This document shows positions 1 to 11,811 of a DNA stretch of 64,000 bases, piece by piece. The DNA is from an uncultured Nitrososphaerales archaeon. GTDB lineage: Archaea; Thermoproteota; Nitrososphaeria; Nitrososphaerales; Nitrososphaeraceae. The DNA lies in assembly GCA_963713605.1 (NCBI GenBank), contig CAVQMO010000001.1:1024001-1088000 (forward strand). The letters run 5' to 3'. Within the stretch, counting starts at the first letter, position 1, and each line of letters opens with the position of its first letter. A program made the position numbers and the translations under genes. The notes below the pieces were generated by a model that was not told where the DNA came from, did not search any database, and was given only the letters and a program-made list of their open reading frames with translations.

Positions 1-73
1 ATGCACTATCTCGGACGCGATCGACAAATCGAAAATAGCAAAGGGTAATTTAAGAATCATGAAGAAGGATTGA
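1..73 (+). CDS. 3' end of an upstream gene (partial), possibly purK
   Basis: Open frame ...[23 protein letters not shown] ends 7 nt before purE; purK identity is inferred only from adjacency. Confidence 0.35.
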   Translation, partial: CTISDAIDKSKIAKGNLRIMKKD

Positions 74-80
74 TGTTGCT

Positions 81-590
81 ATGAATCGCATACTAGTCGG
101 TATTATAATGGGGAGTGAATCAGATCTCCCTATAATGAAGAATGCCTCCGACGTTCTACTGCAGTTTGAAGTAGAGCATGAGATACGAATCGTTTCTGCC
201 CACAGGACCGTTCACGAGATGATATCATATGGCGAAAGCGCTAAAGGTAGAGGTTTAGAGGTCATAATAGCTGGAGCAGGAGGTGGAGCTCACCTCCCGG
301 GCATGATTGCTTCATTGACGCTATTGCCGGTCATAGGTGTCCCCATTAAGGCCTCGAGTCTCGACGGTGTTGATTCTCTTCTGTCGATAGCTCAAATGCC
401 TTCAGGGATCCCTGTTGCTACGGTCGCCATAAATGGCTCAGCCAATGCTGCTATACTCGCTTGTCAGATACTAGCTATCAAGTATCAGGAAATACTCTCT
501 AAACTAGAACGGTATCGCTTTGACATGAGGAATAAGGTGATCGCTAGCGCTGAGAAGTTTGAAGAGGAATTTAATACAAAAAGTTCCTAG
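81..590 (+). CDS. purE: N5-carboxyaminoimidazole ribonucleotide mutase
   Basis: [36 protein letters not shown] motifs. Confidence 0.97.
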   Translation: MNRILVGIIMGSESDLPIMKNASDVLLQFEVEHEIRIVSAHRTVHEMISYGESAKGRGLEVIIAGAGGGAHLPGMIASLTLLPVIGVPIKASSLDGVDSLLSIAQMPSGIPVATVAINGSANAAILACQILAIKYQEILSKLERYRFDMRNKVIASAEKFEEEFNTKSS

Positions 591-2032
591 CTTCTTCCCT
601 TCAACACTGCACGAGATTTAAACAATGGTTTGACTCCCAATGACGAATAATCACCGGTAGGACAAGTAAAGCACAACTCCTCTTCGGGTATATTGATAGC
701 CCTTGCAAGTGTAGATGTGTTATTGTAAGTGAAGAAATCTGCTCCCAAAGTTCGTGCAACTTTATGTGCAATATCAGTAGTTCTGACTGTGTCTTCCTTT
801 ACCTGTTGGTATGCCAAGAGTTCTTCCTGAGAAGGAAAATCAATACCTGCATAGCAAGGGTATCGGACTGGTGGATAGGTGACTATCATGCTTATCTTAT
901 TTGCCCCATATTCTCTAAGCATTTTTATTATTGAGGCAGAACTTGTCCCCCTAACTATGCTATCATCGACGACGACGATATTTTTTCCCCGTATCACGTC
1001 TGCTAACGGAATAATCTCTTTATTTATTTCCACTCGGGTCTGGTGAAAAGGCTCGATAAAGCTTCGCATCGAACCCTTCTTGCTATATCTGTTCTTCATT
1101 AATCCTTCCTCAAAGGGAAGGCCAGTCTTCGAGCGCATAACCAAGGGCTGCCGGGCGGGCTGAATCCGGAACTGGTATCACAAGGTCTGCATCTGGGATT
1201 CTGAATTCTCTTGCCAAGAATTCACCGATACGTTTACGAGCAGCGTAAACGTTGACACCTTCCATAACACTAGCAGGATGCGCAAAGTAAGTGTATTCAA
1301 ATGCGCAATGCGCATGTGGGTTCTCTCTTGCAAAATATTCTGATTTAAGTCCAGACTCGTCGATCCGAAGTATCTCGCCAGGCTCCACGTCTCTGAGCAA
1401 ATATGCCCCTACGGCAGAAAGGGCACAAGATTCTGATGCGACAATGTAAGTGTTTGATGGTTTGTGTAATCCGACAACAAGAGGTCTAAATCCCTTCGGG
1501 TCCCTTGTCGCGTAGACCGACCCGTCACCGGTTAAAAATGTGAAACAGAACGAACCAATCATTTCGTGTCTTAAAATAGTAAGTGCCTCGGTTATGTCCT
1601 TCTTTTCAGCGAGATGACCGGCCAAATGCTGAGCTGCAACCAAAGGTGTCACTCATCGACTGAGGAGTAAAAGAGCAACCACCTACCATTGATGTCAACT
1701 GGTCGACATTTGCAATTGTTCCGTTATGAGCAATACAGAGTTCCTTTACCTTAATCGGCTGTGCATTACTCAACTTACTCTTTCCAGTAGTAGAATAACG
1801 GACATGACCGATAGCTGGCATGAGATTTGTATTTCCTCGTAATCGTAGCAAATTCGTTCGCTGAAGACGATACCAATCCAATTCTTTTTAAAGGAGCTTT
1901 CTGAGGAACTGCCACACCCCAGGCTTCCTGGCCCCTATGTTGTAACGCTCTCAGACAATCAATTGCGAAAGGTATCACATTAATTCTATCCATCGAAAAG
2001 ATACCTACAACACCACAGTTTTCGTGGATCAT
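587..2032 (-). CDS. purF: Amidophosphoribosyltransferase (split into 4 ORF pieces by probable sequencing indels)
   Basis: [40 protein letters not shown] across ORFs 1775-2032, 1606-1881, 1110-1652, 587-1144. Confidence 0.93.
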
Positions 2033-2137
2033 TTAGATCATCAAATACAATCTATCCATTCCCCCACTATAATGCCTTCCAATCATCGGTACTTCTGAAT
2101 GTTAAATAATTGATCATATTCCGAGAATTTTTTGGCA

Positions 2138-4342
2138 TCATATCCTGACATCGGTCAACATGCTCTCAAGAGAATTGTTATAAGCGAGCTTTAATTTTTC
2201 TAAGTGCAAGTTAGCTGAGGATTTGTTGTCCACCACGATATTGAACAGTGTCATTCGATGAATCAGTCTGTATTGCCTATCTTATTGCAATGGACATGGC
2301 TCTTGATATCTCCTAATATTTCAATCAAGTCCTTTGGTCTTTCAGTTGCAACCACATAACGAGAATTGGATTCGGAAAACATAAGGCTGTCTATTCTATT
2401 ACAAGTATTAGATGCCAACGAAATGTCTATATCAAAACCCGTATTTCCATTTATGGCCATCTCAGCCAGGGCTATTGCTATGCCACCCTTGGAGCAATCA
2501 TGAACACGCTTCACAACACCGCTAGATATAAGATTAGAAACTGCCAAAGCGTTTCTCTTGTCCTCGGCTAAGTCGAGCTTGGGAATGTTTCCGCTATCGT
2601 TCTTGTGATACGATAAATAATATTCTGATCCACCCAACTCTTCTTTTGTCTGGCCAATTAAAAATATACTACATCGCGGGTCTAGTCGAGGTCTGGATAC
2701 CTTTTCTAGATTGTGCCCTATACCTATCGCGCCTATTACCGGAGAAGGTTTTATGGGTAAACCATTTTTCTCATTATAAAAACTTACTTTCCCACCTACC
2801 ACAGGTAGAGTAAAGAAATTACAATAGTCCTTAACTGCTGCCACCGCTTGCTGGAATGTCCAGAAGACTTCAGGGTTTTCTGGGCTCCCAAATTGTAAGT
2901 GGTCGATTATCCCTACAGGGGAAGCGCCAGAACAGATCACATTACGAACAGCTTCTGATATACATCCAAGTGTTCCTTGGTATGGGTCGAAATAACATCG
3001 TCTGCTGTTACCATCCATAGAAATTGCAACATATTTTCCGTTACCCAACCGCAGAACTGAAGAGTCGCCTTCTCCTGGTTTTAACACAGTCCGTAACCCA
3101 ACCTCAGAATCGTATTGTTTATAAATCCAGGAACGATTGCAAACGTTAGGGCTACGCAGTAAATCTAGCAAGATTGAGCCAAGGTTCTTTGGTAGATCTA
3201 GTCTAGTAGAATGTTTCCTTATCAAATAAGATGGACGTGTCGATTTTCTGTTCAAAAGTGGGGCACATGTCACAATATTTGCTGGAATGTCCGCTATTAC
3301 TTCTGATTTATACCTAATCTTGATCTTACGACCAGGACAAACTTTTCCAATAATGGAATAGCCCATTTCGTATTTGGCAAATATTTTTTCTAGCGATTCT
3401 CTATTTTCCTTATCCACAATCAAAAGCATTCTTTCTTGAGATTCGGAGATCAAAATTTCTGTCGGACTCATTCCTTCTGCTCGGATTTTAACACAAGAAA
3501 GGTCGACGTCAAAGCCCTTCCCCAAATTGTGGGAAGTTTCTGACAGGCAACATGCGAGACCGCCTCCGCCTAAATCTTTCATTGCTTTAATATATCTATT
3601 CTCAGTTGCCTCCAAGATTGCTTCCATGAGTATCTTTTTTAGAAAAGGATCGGGTATCTGGACTGCTGATCTGTTTTCCTGAACTAACCCAGCAGACGCA
3701 AATGCCGCTCCGTGAATTCCGTCTCTGCCTGTAGACCCGCCTACCAGAAAAAGCAGGTCTCCGATGTCCGCGAAATTCGCAATCATTTCATTTGTCTTAC
3801 TTAGGCCTATACATACCACATCAACCAGACAATAGTTATTGAAGGAGTTATCAAACTCGAGCTCTCCGCCTATGGTCGGAACTCCTATACAGTTGCCGTA
3901 ATCTGAAATACCTCGTACTACATTACGGAGAAGCCAACGTGTATGTTGATTCACCTTTGTGTCGTTACCATTTATGTCTCCGAAACGAAGTCCGTTCATA
4001 AGCGCTATAGGTCTGGTCCCTACCGACAATATGTCTCGAACCACACCGCCAACACCTGTTGCTGCGCCTCCATACGGTTCAATAGCAGAGGGATGGTTAT
4101 GACTTTCAATGCGAACTGTTAGAACAAGATTATCGTCAACTTCGATAATCCCTGCATCAAAGCCGCTATCGATCCCGATTCGGGATCCTGATACAGGCAG
4201 GCGTGAAATATACTTCTTTGACGATTTGTAAGAACAATGCTCGGACCATTCAGGCAGCGACCATTTGCAATTCAGTTTCCGTTGGGTGCCGCTTCAAAGA
4301 TTTTTTCAAGTGTGAGAATTCAGCTTTTGTCAGTGCACTCAA
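2138..4342 (-). CDS. purL: Phosphoribosylformylglycinamidine synthase subunit PurL (frameshifted near both ends)
   Basis: TTG start at 4342 (MSALTKAEFSHLKKSLKRHPTETE, then WSEHCSYKS after a shift), ESHNHPS, DLGGGG, SESQERM, VGGKVSFYNE; ends approximate. Confidence 0.92.
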
Positions 4343-4360
4343 TTCTTACACCACAGACCT

Positions 4361-5057
4361 TTACGTCGTTTGTGTATCACCCAAATAATGCACCAGTGAT
4401 TGGAAAATTGTTGAACCATCTATGCTATCGGCCACCGGTGACAATACTCGTTCGGAAGCTCTCTCAGGATGAGGCATCATCCCTACTACGTTTCCTTCAG
4501 GATTGCATATTGCTGCAATCGACTCAATTGATCCATTTGGATTTTCATTCAAAAAGCTCAACACTATTTGATTCTTTTTGTCTTAACTCCTTTATGGTCA
4601 CACCATCTGCTACATACCGGCCCTCACCGTGGGCGATTGGTATCCTTATCTTCTGATTTTTTCGGAACAAATTTGTAAATGGAGTCGTGGCATTCCTAAC
4701 TCTAGCATCAACCCATTTACATACGAAGCTCAAATGTTCATTTTTCACTAAAGCTCCAGGAAGTAAACCTGATTCAATCAATATCTGAAATCCATTGCAA
4801 ATGCCCAATACTGGAACGCCATCCTTTGCTATCTTCTTCACCTCGTGGATTATAGGGCTGTGAGCTGCGATTACTCCAGCTCTTAGCCTGTCTCCATAAG
4901 AGAACCCCCCCGGAAGTACCAGTCCGGAAAAGCCCTCCAACGTTTGTCTGTTATGCCAAATGTATTCGGTTTCTAGATGCATTACTTCAGATAATACGTG
5001 AAACACATCTCGATCACAATTTGTGCCAGGAAATACAATGACACCGATTTTTTTCAT
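4361..5057 (-). CDS. purQ: PurQ glutamine amidotransferase (one frameshift)
   Basis: [39 protein letters not shown]. Confidence 0.95.
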
Positions 5058-5373
5058 CGTCGGGTTTGTTATTGACTATCTAGTTACGGTTATTTAATGT
5101 GTACTCCTTCTCGTTATCACTTTAGGATGGATATTATGGCATTAGAAATTCTTTTCTACTTTTACGAATCTCGGTTACACTAACCCACAAATAGGCACCA
5201 AATTTCTTGTCAGGTGGTTTCAATGGATCCGTTATTGAGTAGGCAGGTCAGATACTATTATGAAGAGCTTCTTGGGCTAGGAAAATGAGTAATAAGCAAA
5301 GCATTCCTAACCTTGGAATCAACATTTCGGAATATTCTGGAATTTAGAATAAGCTTAGCGGAAAAAGATGGGC

Positions 5374-5667
5374 TCAACCTTTCGAGGAAGATGATGTAAC
5401 TGTGACAACACATTTACTAACGACAGGATTATAGAGCCTTAATTCAGTACATATTTTCAAAACCATTTTCTTGGCTTGTTCTTCAGTTCTTGATTTAACC
5501 AACATATTTACGGTTTTCGAACACCTCACTTCTTCAACTTCACCAAAACCTCCTTTTAGGATTAGATCTTTCAAGATAGTTTCTCCTTCAGGATCGGGGA
5601 GATATTTCTTATTTGCTATCGACACTAGTACTGAGTATTTCTTCTTAGCATTATTGACTTTATTCAT
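5374..5667 (-). CDS. purS: PurS
   Basis: DPEGETI and LYNPV motifs, size, position upstream of purQ/purL. Confidence 0.9.
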   Translation of the reverse strand: MNKVNNAKKKYSVLVSIANKKYLPDPEGETILKDLILKGGFGEVEEVRCSKTVNMLVKSRTEEQAKKMVLKICTELRLYNPVVSKCVVTVTSSSSKG

Positions 5668-5771
5668 GTCTCATCTCCAGAAGAAAAAACAATAATGCTC
5701 GATGGCAACCTCGGATAATTCTGAAGAACAACTTATTAAATACCTATTGACTAGGTTCACCTAAAAGTACT

Positions 5772-5844
5772 GGTCATGTAGTCAGCTTGGTAGAGCGAAG
5801 GTTTTGTAAACCTTAGGTCGTGGGTTCAAGTCCCACCATGACCT
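5772..5844 (+). tRNA. tRNA-Thr(TGT)
   Basis: Acceptor GGTCATG/CATGACC, anticodon stem AAGGT/ACCTT with loop TTTGTAA, T arm GTGGG-TTCAAGT-CCCAC; D stem appears 1 nt short (TAGTCAG instead of TAGCTCAG); no encoded CCA. Confidence 0.88.
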
Positions 5845-5911
5845 CCTTGCGCCTATAATTTGCTGAAGTAAGTATAAATTGGAATGCTAAGTCTAGCTGA
5901 GGATCAGAACT

Positions 5912-6752
5912 ATGCGCCTTTTGCGCGAGGGCAAGGTTAAAAATATTTTCCAACTGGAGAATGGAAATTTGTTATTGAGATTTAGCGATAGAGTATCAGC
6001 ATTCGACATAAAATTTGAACAGAGAATTCCCAATAAGGGCAAGGTATTATGTAAGTTCGCGAACTTCTGGTTCAATAAGTTGGATGTTGCCAGTCATTTC
6101 ATAGCTATGAGACTAGAAAATGCAATAGAAGTTAGGAGACTATCAATGATTCCGTATGAATTCATCGTTCGCGGTTATTACTATGGATCTATGTTGGAAA
6201 GGTATACTTCAGAAAGCGACTTCAAATCCCTTTTTGGAACGAATTTAACTCTAAAGAAGGCGGCGAAGCTACCATATCCGGTCTTTGAGATAACAACTAA
6301 ATCCGAACAGCATGATGTTCCAGTAGAACGAGACGAGGTCCTAGAATCGGGTATTTTAAGGGGTGGTACTCTTAAGGAGATAGAAGATCTGTCATTAGCT
6401 ATTTACGACACCATGTGCTCCTTAGCAAAACAGTCGGGCTTCTTGATTGCTGACGTCAAACTAGAGTTTGGTTTCGATGAACAGAGTAAGTTAACTCTTG
6501 CGGACTCCATAGGGCCTGATGAGTCTAGAATCTGGCTTGAGAAAGACTACCAACCTGGTCAAACACAAGGAAGCTACGACAAACAGTCTGTTACGAGATT
6601 GGTTAATTGAAATAGGATTCAAACAAGAAATGCTTCGTTTGGCCCCGAGAGGCGAATCCCCTAAGCCACCGAGAATCCCTGAATTTCTAATCAATGAAAT
6701 GAGCGATCGATACATCTACGTATACGAAAAAATCACCGGCGAAAAAATATAG
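5912..6752 (+). CDS. purC: SAICAR synthetase (frameshift near 6590)
   Basis: GKVK, DRVSAFD, ADVKLEFG, GPDESRIW, SYDKQ then LRDWL in the next frame. Confidence 0.95.
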
Positions 6753-6780
6753 CAAAATCAACTCATATTTCGCGCTCTTA

Positions 6781-7200
6781 CTACTCAACAATAATCTTTA
6801 GTTCGGCTACTGTGGCAGGGTTTTGTAGTTTCATTACCAATTCTCTTGGTAAATCGGAGGAAGCTTTGTTGCAAAGTACACACAGGGTCCGAGGGCACAC
6901 ATAGTTACTTTTCCTGATGACAATGTCGTGGTCGTGCGACAATGTTAAACGCTGATCTGTGAAACCACACATCCTAAAGGTCATCTCAGCTACAATAATT
7001 TCAATATTCACCCTCCTCCCGGTCTCGGACAATTTTGCCTTGAACTCCCTATCCAAATCGTTACACGCTTTGCTTGCAGAAACTCCAGCTATACAATCTC
7101 CTTTCGTGCTTAATGATATCGCTTTCGTAATTTCTATCGTCTTGTTGTGGAAGCACCGAATGTTCCTATGACCTAAAAAAGCAACCCTCTCCTCATTCAT
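6781..7200 (-). CDS. DUF371 family protein
   Basis: GHRNI..H.KTIEITK, GDCI, IRKS motifs. Confidence 0.85.
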   Translation of the reverse strand: MNEERVAFLGHRNIRCFHNKTIEITKAISLSTKGDCIAGVSASKACNDLDREFKAKLSETGRRVNIEIIVAEMTFRMCGFTDQRLTLSHDHDIVIRKSNYVCPRTLCVLCNKASSDLPRELVMKLQNPATVAELKIIVE

Positions 7201-7280
7201 AAAGCAATTTTTGCCTGCGTGATCATATTAGCGACCCAAGGTAAATTTAAATTGAACTCATCTAAGTAGATCAGAATGAA

Positions 7281-8018
7281 TTGTTACCAGCAGCAGCGGG
7301 ATATGATAGAGCTATCACAGTTTTCTCTCCTGATGGGAGGCTTTACCAGGTAGAATATGCAATTGAGACAGTTAGAAGAGGCACTCTTGCAGTTGGATTG
7401 AAGTACAAGGGAGGGGTCATCCTAGCAGTCGAAGAAAAGACACGAAAATTACAAATTTCGAATGTTACCCAGAAAATATTTCAAGTTGATGATCACATAG
7501 GAGTCGCTGCAGCGGGTTATATTCCAGACGCAAGATCACAGGTTGATCATGCGAGATTTTTTGCACAAAGTAACAGGTTGATTTACGATGAACCTGTTGA
7601 TGTTGAGGGCGTTGCTAAGAATATTGCAGACATGGCGCAACAATTTACACAATATGCCGGTGTAAGGCCTTTTGGAGTGGCCCTAATTCTGGCGGGGGTA
7701 GACGAAACTGGTGCGTCACTATATTTGACTGACCCTAGCGGAACCTACATTGGCTACGATGCTGTGGCAATTGGAGCAGGAAGCGATCAGGTTACTGAAT
7801 ACCTGGAAAAAAGTTACAAAATGGACATTAGTCTAGAGGAATGTGGATCTTTAGCGATTGAGTCAATTTATTTGGTAAGCGAAGACAAGAACAGCACCAG
7901 AAATATCAAAATGGCTGTTATTGACACAAATACCAAGACTATGAGGAAGGTGCTTGATGAAGAACTCGAAAGCTATGCCAAATTAGCCAAGCAAAGAGAA
8001 ACTGCTAAGGGCCAGTGA
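7281..8018 (+). CDS. psmA: Proteasome alpha subunit
   Basis: GYDRAITVFSPDGRLYQVEYA signature. Confidence 0.97.
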   Translation: MLPAAAGYDRAITVFSPDGRLYQVEYAIETVRRGTLAVGLKYKGGVILAVEEKTRKLQISNVTQKIFQVDDHIGVAAAGYIPDARSQVDHARFFAQSNRLIYDEPVDVEGVAKNIADMAQQFTQYAGVRPFGVALILAGVDETGASLYLTDPSGTYIGYDAVAIGAGSDQVTEYLEKSYKMDISLEECGSLAIESIYLVSEDKNSTRNIKMAVIDTNTKTMRKVLDEELESYAKLAKQRETAKGQ

Positions 8019-8040
8019 ATTAACTAAAAAAGCCTTTGCA

Positions 8041-8709
8041 ATGATCTTGGATTCGCTTATAAAGAAAAACGCACCAAATTTAAAAATTGGCGAGTGGATT
8101 CAAGGTGTACCGACTAATATCGATAGAGAAATAGGTAAAGTCATTGTCGTTGAAGTCTTTCAGGTTAACTGCCCCGGTTGTTTCTTGTACGGCATACCTG
8201 AAGCTATTGCTGTTTATAATAATACTGACAAGAGCGAGGTAAAGGTGTTAGGAGTCTCTACGGCTTTTGAGGATTATGACAAGAATACGTTGAATAATTT
8301 GAGACTACTTCTAACTGAAGGTGAAGTAATCGGTGAAACATTGCGTGCTCTACGAATGTATGGCAGGCTAGAGAATGGAAAAAAGCTACCATATAAAATC
8401 CCATTTCCCGTCGGTATGGACGCCTTAATAAGAAGGTCTGGCAATGTTCAAGAAAGTCAGGTAAAAGGTTTTCTTGAAAAAAACGTAGAGGGTTATAAGG
8501 ACTACGGTGAAAAGGACAAACAGATGCTTTTTGATCGTGCAAAGCATTATCTTGTATCCAAGGATTTCACCGCCTCCACGTTTGAGGATTACAATCTCAA
8601 AGGAACCCCTTCCACTATCCTTATAGATCGAAATGGCTTGGTACGTGATATTGCCTTTGGTGCTGGCGAAGGACTACAATCCAAAGTCGACTTGTTACTA
8701 AAAGAATAG
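8041..8709 (+). CDS. Thioredoxin-fold redoxin (TlpA-like)
   Basis: FQVNCPGC CxxC motif and GTPSTILIDR cis-Pro loop. Confidence 0.8.
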   Translation: MILDSLIKKNAPNLKIGEWIQGVPTNIDREIGKVIVVEVFQVNCPGCFLYGIPEAIAVYNNTDKSEVKVLGVSTAFEDYDKNTLNNLRLLLTEGEVIGETLRALRMYGRLENGKKLPYKIPFPVGMDALIRRSGNVQESQVKGFLEKNVEGYKDYGEKDKQMLFDRAKHYLVSKDFTASTFEDYNLKGTPSTILIDRNGLVRDIAFGAGEGLQSKVDLLLKE

Positions 8710-9558
8710 ATGGAAGCTTCTTTCCCTTCGCTCTCTGTAGCGATCCCCGATTCATCGTTAATCGATTCGAAATCTCTCTTGGAAAAGAGTCTAAGAGTGG
8801 CCCAATTCGCCCGCGCTCTATCTATTTTTCGAGTAGAAAAAGTCTACGTGTATCGTGACATATCTACAACCGTTAAACCGGACGACTTCAAATTAATTAC
8901 GTTGCTTCTTGAATACTTGGACACACCTCAATATTTGAGGAAATTGCTATACCCTAAAATGAAATTGCTACAATTTGCTGGGATGCTACCCCCTATACAA
9001 TCTCCTCATCATAAGAAGTTCCGAAGGGCCTCTGAGATTCAAGGTGAAGAATCTCGAGCGGGGGTTCTACTGAGAGAAAGGGGTTCGTGGGTAGTAGATG
9101 TTGGTCTGGATCGGACCGTTCCTTTTGTAGGTCATACCGAAATTTCGAGAAAGGCAAATTTCAAGTTGCTGGTTAAAAAAGGACAATTGGTCGCCGAAGA
9201 GATTCATGGAAAAGTTAGTTACAGCGAGTACCGGGGCTATCATGTAATTAGTATCCATGCTCTTTCGGAAATCACAAAAAGGCTTTCTGATGTAAAATTC
9301 CTCATTACTTCGCGAAGGGGAAAACCGATATCCCTCATCATTCCGTCCCTCACTAAGAATTTCAAACACATTTCCGAGGTAATATTGGTTTTTGGTTCGC
9401 CACGAAATGACGTGTGGGAGATTGTAAACGAGATTGATGAAAATGTCGTTACTTCATCATTGGCTATCAATATGTTTCCGCTCCAAGGCACCAACACTGT
9501 ACGGTTGGAAGAGGCTTTGTTGGGCTCACTTGCTATAATTAATACCATTCGTCTTTGA
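8710..9558 (+). CDS. SPOUT-class RNA methyltransferase (MTH1/DUF171 family)
   Basis: SVAIPDS, YLDTPQYLRK, QGTNTVRLEEA; position upstream of rpl3. Confidence 0.88.
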   Translation: MEASFPSLSVAIPDSSLIDSKSLLEKSLRVAQFARALSIFRVEKVYVYRDISTTVKPDDFKLITLLLEYLDTPQYLRKLLYPKMKLLQFAGMLPPIQSPHHKKFRRASEIQGEESRAGVLLRERGSWVVDVGLDRTVPFVGHTEISRKANFKLLVKKGQLVAEEIHGKVSYSEYRGYHVISIHALSEITKRLSDVKFLITSRRGKPISLIIPSLTKNFKHISEVILVFGSPRNDVWEIVNEIDENVVTSSLAINMFPLQGTNTVRLEEALLGSLAIINTIRL

Positions 9559-9600
9559 CTTACCAGTCGGCGAGCTCATGAGCCTCGAATTGTATGTGAA

Positions 9601-9618
9601 TTTATATAAATTTATTAA
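9601..9618 (+). promoter_or_regulatory. Putative TATA box(es) of the ribosomal protein operon
   Basis: TTTATATAAATTTATTAA 28-45 nt upstream of the rpl3 ATG. Confidence 0.55.
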
Positions 9619-9645
9619 AGGGGTAGGAAGAGGGATGGTCTATCC

Positions 9646-10641
9646 ATGGGCCATAGAAAATATAGCTCTCCACGAAGGGGCAGTGTGGCATTCAGACCTA
9701 GAGCTAGAGCAAAAAGCCTAGAAGCTAGAGTTCGGAACTGGGCCCAAAGTACGGAGACTAAGCCCGTTCTTGGCGCATTTGCCGGGTTTAAGGTAGGAAT
9801 GTTGAGCATCGTCACTGTTGATGATCGAGACAGGACGCCCAACTTCGGCAAGCAGCTGGCAAACCCATCTACATTACTGGCGACTCCTCCATTGAATATT
9901 GTGGGCATACGAGGATATCGAGTCGATTATAGTGGTAGGCATGCATTGTTTGACATAGGATCTCGAGACACAGTTAAGGATCACAAAAAAAAGGTTCAGC
10001 AGGGTTCCTTGGAAGAGGCGATGAGTAAGGCAGAAGGTTATCTCAATAATGTTAGTCGTGTATATGTATTGGTATCAGTCTTTCCTAAAGACGCTGGATT
10101 ATCCCAAAAGAAACCCTATACTTTTGAAATCCAGCTTACGGGCGGCGATACAAAGCAAAACTTCGACTACGCAAAATCGATTATAGGTAAGAAGTTAAAA
10201 GTGAGCGATATATTTCGAACAGGTCAATCGATAGATGTTGCCGGTATTACACGGGGAAAAGGCGTGGAAGGTCCGATTACTCGGTTTGGAGTCAAGAGAA
10301 AGCAGCACAAATCGAGAAAAAGTGTTCGTGCTGTGGGGACACTTGGTCCCATATCTCCAGCAGTTGTGATGTTTACCGTCCCAAGACAGGGTCAACGGGG
10401 CTTTCATCAAAGGATCGAATATAATAAGAGGATATTGTTAATTGGAAACACCTCTGAAGAAGGACTTGACATCAACCGGAAAGGAGGGTTCAAGCACTTC
10501 GGAGCATTAAATGGTGATTTTATAGTTGTTAGGGGTTCTATCCCCGGAGTTCCAAAAAGACTAGTAAAGCTGAGAATGCCAATTAGGCAAAAGAATGCGA
10601 AAATTATCGAACCTAAAATCGTAGAAGTGGTGGTCAAGTAG
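9646..10641 (+). CDS. rpl3: 50S ribosomal protein L3
   Basis: PRRGSVAFRPR, GKGVEGP, GFKHFG. Confidence 0.97.
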   Translation: MGHRKYSSPRRGSVAFRPRARAKSLEARVRNWAQSTETKPVLGAFAGFKVGMLSIVTVDDRDRTPNFGKQLANPSTLLATPPLNIVGIRGYRVDYSGRHALFDIGSRDTVKDHKKKVQQGSLEEAMSKAEGYLNNVSRVYVLVSVFPKDAGLSQKKPYTFEIQLTGGDTKQNFDYAKSIIGKKLKVSDIFRTGQSIDVAGITRGKGVEGPITRFGVKRKQHKSRKSVRAVGTLGPISPAVVMFTVPRQGQRGFHQRIEYNKRILLIGNTSEEGLDINRKGGFKHFGALNGDFIVVRGSIPGVPKRLVKLRMPIRQKNAKIIEPKIVEVVVK

Positions 10642-10642
10642 C

Positions 10643-11449
10643 TTGAAGGCTAAAGTATTAGATCTGGATCGTAGTAATATAGGATCGATAGATTTACCAC
10701 AGGTCTTTCTTACACCATATCATCCTGCAGTTATACACAAAACGTACGTCAGCTTACTCTCGCATTCATTTCAAGCTCAGGGTAGGTATCCCCTTGCAGG
10801 TGAAGTTGTTAGTGCCGAGTCTCGCAATACTGGTTTAGGGATTGCGAGGATTGCAAGGGCGAGGGGACAGGGGTTTCCCAGAGCTGGTCAAGCCGCGGGG
10901 GTTGCAGGGGTAAGACATGGAAGAGTTGCACATCCTCCAGTTTCCTTCAGGAGAGTATACAAGAAGATTAATAAAAAAGAGAAAATCCTAGCACTTTGTT
11001 CTGCAATTGCCGCAACATCAAGGCGTGATCTCGTAAAACGGCGTGGACACGAGCTTCAGGATAGTCTCGAACTACCTCTAATTGTTTCAAATAAGATTGA
11101 ATCAATAGACAAGGCAAATGATCTTAATAATGCATTGATAAAATTGGGCCTGGAGGCTGATTTGGAACGTGCCAAGTCGAAGAGCCGAACGGTGCGCGGA
11201 ACTTCAAGAAGACATGGTAGATCTTCTGGCGTGAGTGTTCTGTTAGTAGTATCTAGGAACAGTAACATCATGAAACTCGCAAGGTCTTTGGCAGGAGTTG
11301 ATGTGAAAGCTGTGAATAATTTGAATGTTATCGACCTATTGCCTGGATCCAAACCAATAAGACTGACAATGTATTCACAGAATGCAGTTGATGCGCTAGT
11401 AAAGTTTAACGGATTCCGCACAAACTTGGAGAGGAAACTGAATGAGTAA
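10643..11449 (+). CDS. rpl4: 50S ribosomal protein L4
   Basis: SAESRNTGLGIAR, AHPP, KINKKEK. Confidence 0.96.
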   Translation: MKAKVLDLDRSNIGSIDLPQVFLTPYHPAVIHKTYVSLLSHSFQAQGRYPLAGEVVSAESRNTGLGIARIARARGQGFPRAGQAAGVAGVRHGRVAHPPVSFRRVYKKINKKEKILALCSAIAATSRRDLVKRRGHELQDSLELPLIVSNKIESIDKANDLNNALIKLGLEADLERAKSKSRTVRGTSRRHGRSSGVSVLLVVSRNSNIMKLARSLAGVDVKAVNNLNVIDLLPGSKPIRLTMYSQNAVDALVKFNGFRTNLERKLNE

Positions 11450-11738
11450 AGATGTACCTGCAAAGGCTCAGCTCTCAATAGAAGACGCTAGGTCGGTTCT
11501 CATTCAACCATACATTACCGAGAAAACGTTCAATATGATCGAAAAGGAGAACAAATTGGTTTTCATCGTTAGAGAAAGGAGTACAAAGCGATCGATAAGG
11601 GAAGCTATGAATGTCTTGTACGACGCCGATGTGGTAGACATTAACACAGCAAGAACGATCAGAGGTAAGAAGGCTGCCGTAAAGTTCAGCGATCCAAATG
11701 GAGCAAGGGATTTAGCTACGACGTTGGGCTTGGTGTAG
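11442..11738 (+). CDS. rpl23: 50S ribosomal protein L23
   Basis: PYITEK, ENKLVF, GKKA. Confidence 0.95.
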   Translation: MSKDVPAKAQLSIEDARSVLIQPYITEKTFNMIEKENKLVFIVRERSTKRSIREAMNVLYDADVVDINTARTIRGKKAAVKFSDPNGARDLATTLGLV

Positions 11739-11811
11739 GTTCTGTCAGTTCAGTTAGGGTCATTTCCCAGTACGTTTAAAAGTGGAATAAATCATGCAGA
11801 CGGTGATATAC

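Noticed and set aside
5060..5370. Gap between purS and purQ as a riboswitch or small gene
   Set aside because: No convincing ORF or known RNA motif seen.
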